Source: Strigamia acuminata
Taxonomy: Eukaryota
Reading direction: 5' to 3'
Assembly (NCBI GenBank): GCA_949358305.1
Contig: OX442314.1
Coordinates: 24,304,001-24,368,000 of the forward strand
DNA: 64,000 nucleotides
Shown here: positions 48,177 to 60,379 of the stretch, one piece after another
Layout of the letters: each line of letters begins with the position of its first letter
Position numbering within the stretch: the first letter of the stretch is position 1
The notes under the pieces: generated by a model
The model's database searches: none
What the model saw: the letters and a program-made list of their open reading frames with translations, nothing else
What the model was told of the DNA's origin: nothing
Program-made: the position numbers and the translations under genes

Positions 48177-51100
48177 ATGGCCGACGCAATATCAGCTGGA
48201 TCTCTAAATCGTATAGAATTATTGAGTATTCGTAACTATTTCGTGTGGCAGTTTAAAGTCGGGGCACTATTACGAGCAAAAGGCTTGACGAGCGCGGTTA
48301 CGGACGATGAGCCGGAGAAACCGATTCAAGGAGCACCCGATTTTAAGGCTAAGGAAGCCATTTACAATACCTGGGCGAAAAGCAACAGTGAGGCCGTGGG
48401 AATTTTGGCATTGACCATTTCGGACGAAGAAGCTACGAACTGCCTGAGCATGACGAGTGCGAAGGTTATGTGGGAGCATTTGAAGACGCAACATGCAGGG
48501 GTGACTGTGGAAAAGCAAGTTGACGCCAGCGCTCAACTCACAGGTTTGAAAATGCGCACGGACGAATCCGTAGATCAATATATTAATCGGGCAAGGGCTA
48601 TCCAAGCCAAGGCGAAAGCAGTCGGACGCGACATCCCGGATCGGGAAGTGATACTTTACGCCGCAAAAGGATTGTTGCCCAAATACCACCCAATTGGACG
48701 TGATTATCGCTCGCGACTGGATGCGAAATTAGAAGATCTGCGCACGGGTCTGCTAATCGAAGACCAATGGGCGCCGCCGAGTGGTGCAGCAAGCGCTTCC
48801 GCCACCCCCGTCGCTTTCAAAGCTCAAGCTAGTAAAAATTCGGGCGGGAGAAAATTTCGTGATGGGAATAAAAGAGCGTGTTTTGAGTGTGGCAAAACGG
48901 GCCACATAGCGAAAAATTGTTGGATCCGTTTCCCGGAGAAGCGTCCGAAGCCACAACAAAAGGAAACGGCCAAACTCGCGTTGGGAACGCCATTACAGCA
49001 TGCGTACGTCGCCACTCTTGAATGCGCAATGGGTCCACATGCGGAACAATTAACGCCAGCGCGCGAAGAGACGCGACATTATGCGCTAGTAGTCGATTTT
49101 GATGGGAACAACTCAACAAAATCCAATTGGATTCTGGATTCGGGCGCGTCGTCGCACATGTCGTGCCACCGTGAATGGTTTTCAACGCTGGAGGAGTTTG
49201 AGGCAACGGTAACTACAGCTAAGAAGGGGACAGAGTTATTAGCGAAAGGAAAAGGGCAAATCGTTATTAATTGCCGTTTGCCGGATTCGACACAAAAAAG
49301 AATTACTTTGCTACAAGTACTTTACGTACCGGAATTAAAAGGAAACCTGCTGTCAATTCCTAAATTGACATCCAAGAAATGCCAAGTGCTGTTCGGTGAG
49401 CACAAGGTGGACATTTTTGACCCGACTGGGGAACTCATCGCGCAAGGTAACAAGCACGGAGACATGTTTTTCTTGGAAACGCGCGAAGAAGAAAATGCGA
49501 CGACAGCACGTGAGAACGTAGTCATGACGGAGAAGGAGCTGTGGCACGGACGATTGGGTCACGTTAACGAGAAAACGCTTGACGAAATGCACAATGGTGA
49601 GATCGTTTATGGCATAAAATATAAGCACGAACAACTGCCGAAATGCGCGTCTTGCGTCTGCGGAAAAATGTCCAAGGCGCCTTTTAAGCGCATCAAAGAG
49701 AAGCAGTCTCAAAAGGTTCTGGATTTGATCCATGCGGATTTGGTGGGACCTTTTCAAGCGCCGTCCCTGTCGGGCTCGAGATATGCGATGGTCCTGACGG
49801 ATGACTTCTCAAGAAAAAGGTTTATTTATTTTTTGAGGGAAAAATCAGAAGCATTAGGCTATTTCAAGATTTTCAAAGCTTTAGTTGAAAAACAAACGGG
49901 AAAGGCACTTTGCAGATTGCGAACGGACAACGGAGGAGAATTCACAAGCGGGGATTTTCGTGTTTTTTGCGAAGAGAACGGGATAATGCACGAGCTCACA
50001 GTTCCATACAGCGCAGCCAGCAATGGAATTGCTGAGCGTTCAAACCGAACGCTGGTTGAAGCAGCTAGAACGATGTTAATAGACTCGAAAATGCCATTGC
50101 GTTTTTGGGCAGAAGCTTTGGCAACGGTTGTTTTTATCAAAAATCGCACGTTGACCAAACCAAATGGTAAAGTCGTTGCGGAGGAGATTTGGACGGGACG
50201 GAAGCCATCCGTCGGTTTTCTTCGCACTTTTGGATGTTCTGCGTGGCTGCACGTGCCAAACGAGCAGCGCAAGAAACTCGACAGCAAGGCACGAGAAGGC
50301 ATTTTTGTCGGGTACTCAGCTGTGCGCAAAGCGTATCGAATTTTCATTCCCGAAATTAACGACGTGGTCGAAGGTAGATCGGTTGTTTTTGACGAGGGAG
50401 TTCGCGGAGCCAAACTACTCGACACAAACCGGCAGAAAACGGGAAATTCTTACGACATGGACGAGGGGAACGGCCCGCCGGTGAACATAATTATTGAGGA
50501 TCCTATCGATCAACAGCAGGACGTTACGGATGACCAACCGGATGACCAACCGGATGATCAACAATTACCGACTTGTGACGAGCCAGCACGCATAGTTGGA
50601 CGACCGAGGGGAGCCACAGCTGAAGCGGTGACGCAGCGACACGAAGAGGGAAAACGTGAACGTGAGCAGCAACTGCTCGCTTCAGGTGTGCGGCGCTCGC
50701 AACGCCTGGCGGAACAAAACGAGGCGGCGAATGTCGTTGGAGAAGAGACAAGCGAGCTGTTCACGCCAGAGACGTTTGACGAGGCTATTAATTGCCCTGA
50801 TCGCGACAAGTGGCTCGATGCGATGACAAGCGAGATGGATTCCTTGCACGTTAATCAAGTGTGGAAACTGGTCAAACGCCGGGCAGGAATGAGGACAATA
50901 AGATCCAAATGGATCTTTAGAATCAAATTCAACGCGGACAAGAGTATTAGTAAATACAAGGCACGTTTAGTAGCAGTCGGATGTGCACAACGGTCGGGCA
51001 TCGACTTTACGGAAACATTTTCGCCAGTCGTGCGGATGGAGTCCTTACGTATTATATTATTTTTGGTGGCCGCGTTAGGACTAAAGACAAGACAATTTGA

Positions 51101-52313
51101 CGTAAAGACGGCATATCTTTACGGGGATCTAGAAGTTGACATTTACATGGACCAACCCGAAGGTTTTTTAGAAGAGGACGATGTAGTATGCAAATTGGAG
51201 CGGAGTCTGTATGGATTACGCCAATCCGGCCGGTGCTGGAATAAGCGCCTAAACAGCGAACTTGTAAAATTGGGTTTAACACCAATTGCGGATGACGCTT
51301 GCGTCTACATTTACGTGGAAAGGGACGGAATGCTTATTTTAGGAGTTTACGTCGATGATATTCTCGCCGCTTACTCTGACGACCGGACGCTCGAATGGCT
51401 GTTGACAGGGCTGAAGAAAGTTTTTGAGATAGTAGAACTGGGGGAGGTGCACTATCTGCTCGGGATGCAGATCCAAATCACGGCGGAAGGTGTTTGGGTC
51501 GGCCAACAAAAATACATTGATCAAATACTGGATACTTTTGATCCGGATGACCGCAGCAAAGCTTACACCCCCGTGGTGGTAGGACAAGATTTGGATGTTT
51601 TTGAAGAGTCTAAGGAGGTCGAGCAGCGCATCTACCAAAAGATTTTGGGCTCTATCATGCACCTAATGATAGTCACGAGACCGGACATATCGTTTGCGGT
51701 CAGCAAACTGTCGATGTACTCGCGCGATCCGCGTGAAGTTCATTTTCGTGCAATCAAGCGCGTCCTGAGTTACATCAAACGAACCAGGAATTTTCGATTG
51801 TTTTTCCCATCCGAGGGTGGAAGCGTTGTTGGATACACGGATGCGAGCTGGTGCTCCACAAGGAAGGCAAGATCCTTTTCGGGGATACTGGTCATGCTAG
51901 GCCAGGCTCCAATTTGTTGGAAAACCAAAAAGCAAAACCTTGTGGCATTATCCTCCTGTGAGAGTGAGGTCTTAGCCATGTGTGAACTTCTCAAGAGTTT
52001 GAAGTGGGTGCGGAGCATCCTGTGCAGTCTGGGGCAGGGAGCATTCGTCCCGCAAAGCATCCCGATTTACACGGACAGCACGGCGGCGATGGACGTGCTA
52101 AGTGGGTCCAACCAGCACGGAAGGACCAAACACATCAATCGCCACTTGATGTTTGTGCGGGAGGACGTCTACTTGGGAAATATCCATTTGATTCATATGC
52201 CTTCAGAAATTCTGGCAGCAGACTTTCTCACCAAGGCGGTGCCAGCAGAGAAGATCAACGCGAGTCGTGAAGCAGTAGGACTCAAAGAGCTTGGAGAGGC
52301 TGAGAAGAAGTAG
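48177..52313 (+). CDS. Copia Gag-Pol polyprotein, 1378 aa from the first ATG
   Basis: CCHC knuckle CFECGKTGHIAKNC; protease WILDSGAS; HHCC WHGRLGH...CASC; integrase IHADL / RTDNGGEF / AER; RT KARLVA, LYGLRQ, YVDD; RNase H GYTDASW, SSCESE, YTDS, ADFLTK. Confidence 0.97.
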   Translation: MADAISAGSLNRIELLSIRNYFVWQFKVGALLRAKGLTSAVTDDEPEKPIQGAPDFKAKEAIYNTWAKSNSEAVGILALTISDEEATNCLSMTSAKVMWEHLKTQHAGVTVEKQVDASAQLTGLKMRTDESVDQYINRARAIQAKAKAVGRDIPDREVILYAAKGLLPKYHPIGRDYRSRLDAKLEDLRTGLLIEDQWAPPSGAASASATPVAFKAQASKNSGGRKFRDGNKRACFECGKTGHIAKNCWIRFPEKRPKPQQKETAKLALGTPLQHAYVATLECAMGPHAEQLTPAREETRHYALVVDFDGNNSTKSNWILDSGASSHMSCHREWFSTLEEFEATVTTAKKGTELLAKGKGQIVINCRLPDSTQKRITLLQVLYVPELKGNLLSIPKLTSKKCQVLFGEHKVDIFDPTGELIAQGNKHGDMFFLETREEENATTARENVVMTEKELWHGRLGHVNEKTLDEMHNGEIVYGIKYKHEQLPKCASCVCGKMSKAPFKRIKEKQSQKVLDLIHADLVGPFQAPSLSGSRYAMVLTDDFSRKRFIYFLREKSEALGYFKIFKALVEKQTGKALCRLRTDNGGEFTSGDFRVFCEENGIMHELTVPYSAASNGIAERSNRTLVEAARTMLIDSKMPLRFWAEALATVVFIKNRTLTKPNGKVVAEEIWTGRKPSVGFLRTFGCSAWLHVPNEQRKKLDSKAREGIFVGYSAVRKAYRIFIPEINDVVEGRSVVFDEGVRGAKLLDTNRQKTGNSYDMDEGNGPPVNIIIEDPIDQQQDVTDDQPDDQPDDQQLPTCDEPARIVGRPRGATAEAVTQRHEEGKREREQQLLASGVRRSQRLAEQNEAANVVGEETSELFTPETFDEAINCPDRDKWLDAMTSEMDSLHVNQVWKLVKRRAGMRTIRSKWIFRIKFNADKSISKYKARLVAVGCAQRSGIDFTETFSPVVRMESLRIILFLVAALGLKTRQFDVKTAYLYGDLEVDIYMDQPEGFLEEDDVVCKLERSLYGLRQSGRCWNKRLNSELVKLGLTPIADDACVYIYVERDGMLILGVYVDDILAAYSDDRTLEWLLTGLKKVFEIVELGEVHYLLGMQIQITAEGVWVGQQKYIDQILDTFDPDDRSKAYTPVVVGQDLDVFEESKEVEQRIYQKILGSIMHLMIVTRPDISFAVSKLSMYSRDPREVHFRAIKRVLSYIKRTRNFRLFFPSEGGSVVGYTDASWCSTRKARSFSGILVMLGQAPICWKTKKQNLVALSSCESEVLAMCELLKSLKWVRSILCSLGQGAFVPQSIPIYTDSTAAMDVLSGSNQHGRTKHINRHLMFVREDVYLGNIHLIHMPSEILAADFLTKAVPAEKINASREAVGLKELGEAEKK

Positions 52314-52458
52314 ACGAAAGATTTCAAGCAAAGAAGAAGAATAGTTTTTATTGTCGTTAAAATTATTAGGTTAAAATTCGAATTGATTTGTATTTAGCTT
52401 TATTGTCGTTATTAAGTTAAAGTTCCAATTAGTTTGTATTTATGCACGCACAATCTAT

Positions 52459-52466
52459 AGGGGGAT
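52459..52466 (+). promoter_or_regulatory. Polypurine tract
   Basis: AGGGGGAT immediately upstream of the 3' LTR. Confidence 0.75.
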
Positions 52467-52467
52467 T

Positions 52468-52630
52468 TGTGGGAAACGTGATTTATATTGCGCATGCATT
52501 GTCGTTTGGTTGCTACGGCAACTTGGTTGTTAGGTTATAAGTTTTTCATGACCATTCGTTGTACGCCATTCCTGAAAGTAAAACGTTATATTTGTTCCTG
52601 TTTGAAAACGACTCCTCCTTGACTCTAACA
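52468..52630 (+). repeat. 3' LTR
   Basis: Same sequence as the 5' LTR; followed by TSD CCAAC. Confidence 0.97.
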
Positions 52631-55600
52631 CCAACAACTCCTACAAACAAATTGAAATTATTATACTTCAACTTTAAGATATACTCAACTAAAAACAATC
52701 TCCCAAACTATCGATCCCCGTAGAAATTTGCCATATTTTCCCCCATATTACTTTAAAAAGCCATGGTCTTTAATGGCGTGACATAAAATTTATGAAGTGG
52801 AAAATTACAATCAAATTACACTTTTCACGTCATACAACCACGATAATTTTTTTTTATTATTTAAATATACAAAAGAAAAGTGCAAAGAAAAAAAATTTCA
52901 ACCAAAAATTCATTGATAACGTTGATTTGTCCTTCGAAATGAAAAAAACCGTTAAAATTTATTTTTTAAAATGAAAAAAAAAAAAAAAAATAAAATAAAC
53001 TTTTCGTTTTCCACAATCGCTGATTGCGACTTGCGAGCTATGTGCAATTGGGGTGCTCTTTAGAGTTTGACATGAACCAGTGGGAGGTCAGACCTCTTGT
53101 TATAATGAGTGTTTGTGGACTGTGATGACATACGCCAGCTGTTGTGTAAGGCTTCAAATACATGACCAAAAAAATCGGGATATTTCCCACACGGTTCAAA
53201 ATATATTTTACAATGTATTGCTTATTCCAAAATTCCAAAAGAGCATTTGGCAGAATTTAGTGTATTATTTACACATTAAATAATGCATTTCATAATACAA
53301 TTTAAAAAATTCATATTTGACAAATAATAATATTGGAAATGCATTTCTTCATACATTTAACAAAATCTATTATCGTTTGCTCGCAAAAATATATTATTAT
53401 AAAATACATTGCAATATAATTTCAATATATTTTTTTACCATATGGGTTTGGGCACCTCAATAACCCAGAATTCCAAGAATTTGAGTTAATTTATGATTCT
53501 CTTTTGATGATATACGTAGATACACTTTATTTTTCGGTACATTGCAGCAAAGCTGTAGCTAAGGGCACAAGATAAACAACGTTAAAAAGTGGCCAGATTT
53601 CCTGCTATCCATCATATGGACTTCGGGAGGTGGAACAAGATAAATTGGAATTTAAAAAATAAAGAAAATATAGAAAATTTTAATGGATGACATGGATTCC
53701 AGCATTTTTGAAATATTTTTTTTACGGCGAATATCGGAATTCGATATTTCATTATTCTGTTTAAAGTTATGCGTAAAAATAGAATACATTATTGGTTAAA
53801 AAGTCATTTGAAAAGTGCCCAAATGACGAAACTTAGATGCAGATTGCTGTTTGAAATGCACTGGTAGCTTTAACCTTGTAATAGAGCAGATTTTTGGGTA
53901 ATGACATTAGATTCATGCAAGATTCCAATTAAGGTTGACTTCACCTGAAAAGGTCGACTTGATATTAACCGGAAGAGGTGAAACCATTGCAATTCTGACC
54001 CATGTTTTACACAGTTAAAGCTGATCATTTTATTTTGCTTTTAACTAAATTGAATGCATTTATGCCATTTAGTTGAAAATGCGGTTATAAAGTTGATAAA
54101 AGAAAGAGTTTTATTGACATTACTCACTTCACCTTAAGGCACTGGATGGTACTCGTGATTTTGATGAGATTTGACACATAATAATGAGGTAAACAGGCTT
54201 CTTGACAAAAACTGGTAAGTTAATAAGTGGAGCTGTCTCGGCGCATTCAACGCCAAAGTCAGCACGTCAACTTTTATTATTACAATTAATAATTACATTT
54301 TTAAACACAAAAATTACTACTACATGTGAACCTACTTAGTTCCTTGTTGTCCCTATATTTTTTCTATAGTTTATTTCATTTTTATCTTGGATACTTCAAG
54401 TACTTTCAGTTTTGTATGCACAATTGTACGTTTGTTGGGCAAATTTTATTCTTTCGAATGAATAGGGGGAAAAGTCAAACAATAAACTGGTAAAGAAGTT
54501 AAAGTTAAAAAAATAAAAAAAATCCGGACACTGCAGACTAAAATAATCATTAATCAATAAGTTAGTACTGTATTCCAAATTCTGTGGTTATTGATCATTT
54601 TGCCCATCAATAATCACCAATTTCTTGTCCCTGAATCAAACTTCGATTACAAATTTTATTCTATTTTATTTGTACTGAAGAAATCACTTCTAGATAAGAT
54701 CACGTTCAGTAAATGTTTGCTACCATCAAATCAGCCATCTGAGCGAATACTTCTACCACTTCCTTCGAATACACGCCCTAATTGTGCTTCATTATTATTG
54801 CAGTGCTTTAAGCTTGCTGGAATAATTTTTAAGAAAACTTAATCCAAAAAGGAAAACCTTTGTACACATCCTAAGGTTGTGCCCTATAATTTCCTCTCTG
54901 GTTTGTGTATTTAGCCTCTACGTTAAAAAAGGCTTTGTTTGGTACAAACAAACATGGTCTTCTACGTATACAAATTTGTACACACATTGAGTCGAGTGCT
55001 AAAACTCCCGTAAAATAGAACATTAATATTTTAACTAACAGTAGCTGAATATAAAAAATACGAACACAAGAGCAGTCCTTTCAGCTCTGGTTGTTTTACA
55101 CAGCACGGACGATTGCACAAACTTTAATCGAAGCATTTCCTGCACGTTTTTCGACAATAAATATTTGTGTCATAATTCCTCAATTTGATAGCCAAGTTGT
55201 GCATTGTCATCATCGCCTTTAACTGGCAAATGAGCACGTGCAAACCATCATGCAAATTGGAGATTGGCAAGCGAGCAAAAGTGTGTTGGGTCATAGGCTA
55301 AGCCTTTCGGTACAGGATATGAGGGGGCAAATGGTGGGGAAGTGGGTGGAGCAAGCAATGGTTCCATTATGAAACATCAATGGCCCGTATGCTTTAAACT
55401 TTAGTCTGCGCACTTTGCAAACTTTAATCCCGTGGGTAATCCATCGGCATAGCCAGGAACAAAGCGGCCTGGCTAGGCCTGGTTACATATACACACACTG
55501 CCGCCATCGTGACTGCTTACATTATGCAGACGGCGCTGCGGGTGGTGGAAGACGAAAGCTTAAGCTGAGTTTTCCCCCGTGCAAAATATCACTTTTGTCT

Positions 55601-58600
55601 GTTGTGTGTAGTTGAGCTTAGGTTAATGGGCAAGTTTGAAAGCGCACCAAGTGTGGAATATTAAATTACATTATCACTTATGTTGCCAGCACTAAAAACG
55701 CTCGTCTTTCTGTGATGAATAGGAAATTAGATCGGCAATGCACAAACAGAAAAGAGAGTGAGTTTACGACTAGCTTGGGGAAAAATAAAAGGCATATTTA
55801 GACGAGAAGACGTCGAAATTGCACACATCCACCGTACGTATGATTTATGATTTTCGGAAGTGGGGCGACGACCGACTCACTACGTCTAAATTCCCCACTG
55901 TCATTCGACTCTACCTCTTCACACTTTACAGCTTGTTTTTATTTGTTAGCTCAAGATGAAAGCCAAGTGACTAATCTGCAACACCTAAATGCAAATATGC
56001 TGCGAAATTGTGGAATGAAACTTCAATATCATAAACATCTTTTATTTCAATTTTCATTTTTTTTTTGTTTTTACTACCAATTTTTTTTTTCTTTGCGCTT
56101 ATTTCTCTTGAGAAAAAAAGAACTAGAAACGTTACTCTTAAATGCTAGAAAGCTTCGTACGGTACTCAATTCGAAGCACTAAAAATACCTGGAAAAAATG
56201 TAGATTGCAAAGTGCATTAAAAGGCCACTCCTCTTCATAGCCAAAGTGAAGTAAAAGGCATGAGAATTTTACAGTAAATTAGCATAAAAAAATAATTTAG
56301 AGGTTATGTTTTTATCCCCCTCTCTTTTTTTTTCTTTTTTTTTTTTAAAGTGCATATGTAACGTGGAATCAATTTAAACATGAAATCATGATAATCATGA
56401 TAATATTCTAGCTCTGGTGTAGTGCAGAAAAGCTCTAGAGATAAAAGATTTGCTAAGAAAAATCTTGTTTGTGTCTCATCAGTATTTAACAAGCCATTGA
56501 GTGAGGTCAATTTAGTTTAACTTTCAGCAAACGCCAAACATTATTTTCTACTCAATTTAAGAACGAACCAACCGCTTTATATTTCCTTCCTGTTTTCAAA
56601 GCAAAAATTCGCCTTTAACAAATATTTGGAAAACTCCGAATTTGGTCCGAAGCGCTAATCTGTTCGCTTAAAATTTAATTAAATTAAAACGTTTTGGTTT
56701 CAATCTTCACCTTTACTAACACAATATTTTATCCAAACAAAACACGTTTTTTTTTTATTTAAATTAAAAATCGAAACGATTTTCAATATTTTATCAGATA
56801 AAACTCTAATTTTAATGTATTGCACTGTAATCATGCATCTTTAATGATGTGTTTACATTTAACCAGACAAAATTTAGATGTATCAAGCAAATACAGAAAC
56901 AACTCAGCTTTCAAAAATTTTATTCGAAAATCTTGAAATACTGACCACTTCACATCAAACATAAAACTTCTCCGAACCGACCCGAAATCTTTGAGCAAAC
57001 ACAGAGTTCAAATTAGGGTTAACACCAACCATGTCCAGCAGGTGTAAGTTAAGATTAGACTGGGACCGGTACTGTGAGTAACAGTCATTGGGGTCACGAT
57101 CCGTGGTTTAAAAAACTTTAAATTCAAACAAAAGCTACAATGATTGAAACCACCTTAGTGCAAACATCGTCTAATTTATTACCGCACTTGCAATTTCGTC
57201 TAAATTAATTTAACCGTGTGCGAAGTAATTCTACAACACGAATTCTAAAAATCCTTATCAATAAATCTCTATAAAATTATTTCCAGGCGATAAACCCTAG
57301 TTGAACCACTTTACACAAACTGAATATGGTAATTTAGATTGGCCAAGCTAAAGCAAACAACACTAATTTCCTTCATTAGCACACTCGTGTAATTTTGTTT
57401 CATTTCCTTCGAAAAAAAAAAATCAAAATTACGACAACATTTTTTTAAAACTCCTCAATTTCTCCAAATCCCACAAGGCCCCAACTCGTGTTTAGACTTC
57501 AATTTGTCAAAAATCTACAAAATCAACCTCAAATCGAATAAAAAAGCCAAGAAATTGCCCTCAAACCCTAAATAACGCTTTCAATTGCGCCAAACTGCTC
57601 GAGCGACCATCTCATCTAAGCTTACATCACACAATGACACGATTTAATGGAGTACTTACTTTTCTTTAATAAAAAGCACTTTTCAAAGCACTAAAAACTT
57701 TCTTTCTTTTTTCAAAAAGTCTAAACAATTTTTTTTGGCGGAAGAAAATGCAAAAACGTTGTTCGAGTTGAACAATCAGCAAAGTTCAAAAGCACTGGTC
57801 AAAAAGCAAGTAAACGGGCACACTGCGACGGCGCTCGTAGAAAAGCCTCGCCTTTAGGTTAGTGGCATTTGGCAATGCTCCAATGCTACATTTATTAAAA
57901 ATGTGTATCGCAGTATGCAGTGGAATAATAGGAAAACGGGGAGTGCAGTAATTTGGCGTCTTCCTTTACGAGCGAGTTGTTGGCTGTAACCATACACTGG
58001 GCATCACAACTCTGTGATTTGCTGCTGAAAACTGAGATAAACCTTTAATGGTGTTAACAAGTGCAGCTTTGCTTTTCTCGCTGTCACACGACTCTAATCG
58101 GAGAACCAAACGCCCATCGTCGCCGCCGTCCCTTTCGAAGAAGTACAAAACTCCTCAGTGCGACGACTGATAAGCTGACTCAAGTAAAAGCAAAATGCAA
58201 GCGCTCAACTTTTACATTACACTCGACATGTCAACAACAACCGCACGCAACGTGCACTTATTATTAACGGTGCGAACACTCGAAAACAAGGCACACAAAA
58301 AAATGTATAAAACTTTATGAAAGATGTGAAAAATGATAAAATTAAATAAAACCGGCGGCGACGAGTTTTCGCTGCAACCAGAACTCAACGGTTCGGTTCA
58401 AACCAGTGGCTTTGTCCGGCGAAATAATTCAATTGGCTTTTCGCTTTTTTTTCCCTTCTTGAATTTCAGATCAGGTTGAAACGAACCAATTAAAAGCTTC
58501 GCCAACTTTTTTTTCCTCACCTACCGAGTGCTTTTCTTTCTTCTTAGGTGTTTGTGTGTGAAAGAATTGGCGATCAGCATTCAAATTAGAAAATAATATA

Positions 58601-59416
58601 AAGGTGAAATTCGGTAAACAAATCGATTTCAAAATATATTTAAAGAAATATAAAAATTTCTCGAATTTTAAAAATAAATAAAATTAAAATCAAATATATA
58701 TTATTTGACGTTTTTCAAAGCAAACTGTGAAGCAGAATCGACCATTAAAACAAGAAGAAAAACAAAAACAATTCTTAAAAGCATTCGTTTCCATTTAAAT
58801 TCATTCGGGAGCTCAGCAGCAAAGCCCAGGACGGGAGCAGCTCAGCAAACCGCGGTTCGAATTTCTAGTAATGTATTGTCGAAAAAGAGCAGTTTGAGGT
58901 TTGGAAATCGCACTCAAATTTTTACACAGGGATTTGATGGTATACCGAAGGAGAAGCCAGCAGATCCCTCCCTCTCAGTCCATCGAATACCAGTCTGCGA
59001 ATTAAGTGCTTCCATTGGACTTATGCTTCATCAATTTCCTGTAGGGCAAATTTTCTGCCATGTAATAAAATTTTGGCGAACTGCCGCAAGGTAGGATAAA
59101 AATGCCATGCGTGGGAACGAACAGATGTAGGACGACTATGGGAAAGTCTCTTAACCCAACAATATACGGTTAAACGCTATCGACAGAACCGGGCACCATC
59201 GATTGATCGCTACCTGCATTTCTCAAAGCGTTTAAGCATCAATTACCACGACAAATAAACTCTTCATCTTTATCTAACTTTGTACGTGTGCGTGTTTATT
59301 TTAATTTTATTTTTTATACTAATCTAAATGCTCTCATACAACATCCGCTCTCTACTCACAGAACCGCGATAATTAAAATAGATTTTCAATCTCAAAAAGT
59401 CGATTTTTGCACCTAA

Positions 59417-59801
59417 AGATGGAAACACAAGGGAGCGGGTAGAATTTAAAAGCTTGCTTTTACTTGAAAAAGCGGCTAAAAACTCGCCCGCTTGAGCAAA
59501 CACAAGCTTGCGTTTTTATTCTAAGCTTTGTTTTGAAGCGAGCTTGTACTCACCCTCTTTGATCAAACTGAGTTTGATTGACCATCTTCAAGCTTGCTGG
59601 TGTTTTGGTCGTGTGACTTTGACAGCCAATCAGAATCGTGAGCAAATTCTTGGAGGAGATTTTGGCGGGAATTTCTGGGTAGCTACCTGGCCAGTTAAGT
59701 TTGTAAGGCAAAAGCGGGTGAAGTGAGCTTGTAAATGACTCCTTCTTTAAACTTGTACTAGGAAGCTTTGGAATTTTACCCGCTCCCTCGTGTTTCCACC
59801 T
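59417..59801. mobile_element. MITE with ~40-bp imperfect TIRs, possibly Harbinger-type
   Basis: AGATGGAAACACAAGGGAGCGGGTAGAATT...AATTTTACCCGCTCCCTCGTGTTTCCACCT; flanked by TAA and TCA; internal AAGCTTG repeats. Confidence 0.8.
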
Positions 59802-60228
59802 TCAAAATGCAATTTTTATTGCTTAAAAATCAGAATAAGCGAAAAACTGTAGCCAAAGCAAGGTGTAAGAGGTGCCAACATCCATTTTGAATGAAACTGC
59901 TTACTCTGAAAAGTTTATTCTTTAAATTTGTCGGTTGCACCAGTAAGATTAAAGCTACTTATTCTCAATTACAGACTAAATGTTCAATTATTAGCGAGTC
60001 AATGCATTTAGTAGCCACTAAATCTTTCCACGCGCAGCTAGAGTGAAAGCGGAATTAGTTTTCTATACAATTAAAAACATTAAAAAAACATACGTTAAAG
60101 CCTATCATTGACGATCACCTTTAAATTAAATTACAAACTTTATTTCATTTTCAAATAAAAATTTGCATTAATTAAACGCTTTAAACGCCACTAAGAAGCT
60201 CCGAGTTAATTTCCTTTTTCATTCTCAG

Positions 60229-60379
60229 ACGCGGAAAAGGGCACGTGCAATCGCACAATCCAGATTTCTGAAGAGGTGAGCACCCCCGAAGTGACTTCCG
60301 CCAACCGTGGACGTCCATTGACGTGTTGGTATCGCTTCCACATGGATCCTCAACAGAGCGACTGGATCATTACAGTCAG
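60229..60379 (+). CDS. Internal coding exon encoding the N-terminal part of a CUB-like domain (absent from the ORF track)
   Basis: Acceptor TTCCTTTTTCATTCTCAG, donor CAG|GTAGGG. The 151-nt exon is open in phase 1: (D)AEKGTCNRTIQISEEVSTPEVTSANRGRPLTCWYRFHMDPQQSDWIITV(R). The C...TP...C.Y.F pattern resembles the start of a CUB domain. Confidence 0.78.

Larger units (their letters stand above)
47866..52630 (+). mobile_element. Full-length Ty1/Copia LTR retrotransposon, 4765 bp
   Basis: Two 163-bp TG...CA LTRs, identical by eye; 5-bp TSD CCAAC (47861-47865, 52631-52635); PBS and PPT present; one uninterrupted gag-pol ORF in PR-IN-RT-RH order. Confidence 0.98.

Noticed and set aside
48270..52270. 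Many antisense and alternative-frame ORFs within the Copia element
   Set aside because: Expected shadow ORFs of a long GC-richer coding sequence; no motifs.
53038..54260. AT-rich block with fragmentary coding-like sequence
   Set aside because: Could be an old TE, but no termini or protein family could be identified.
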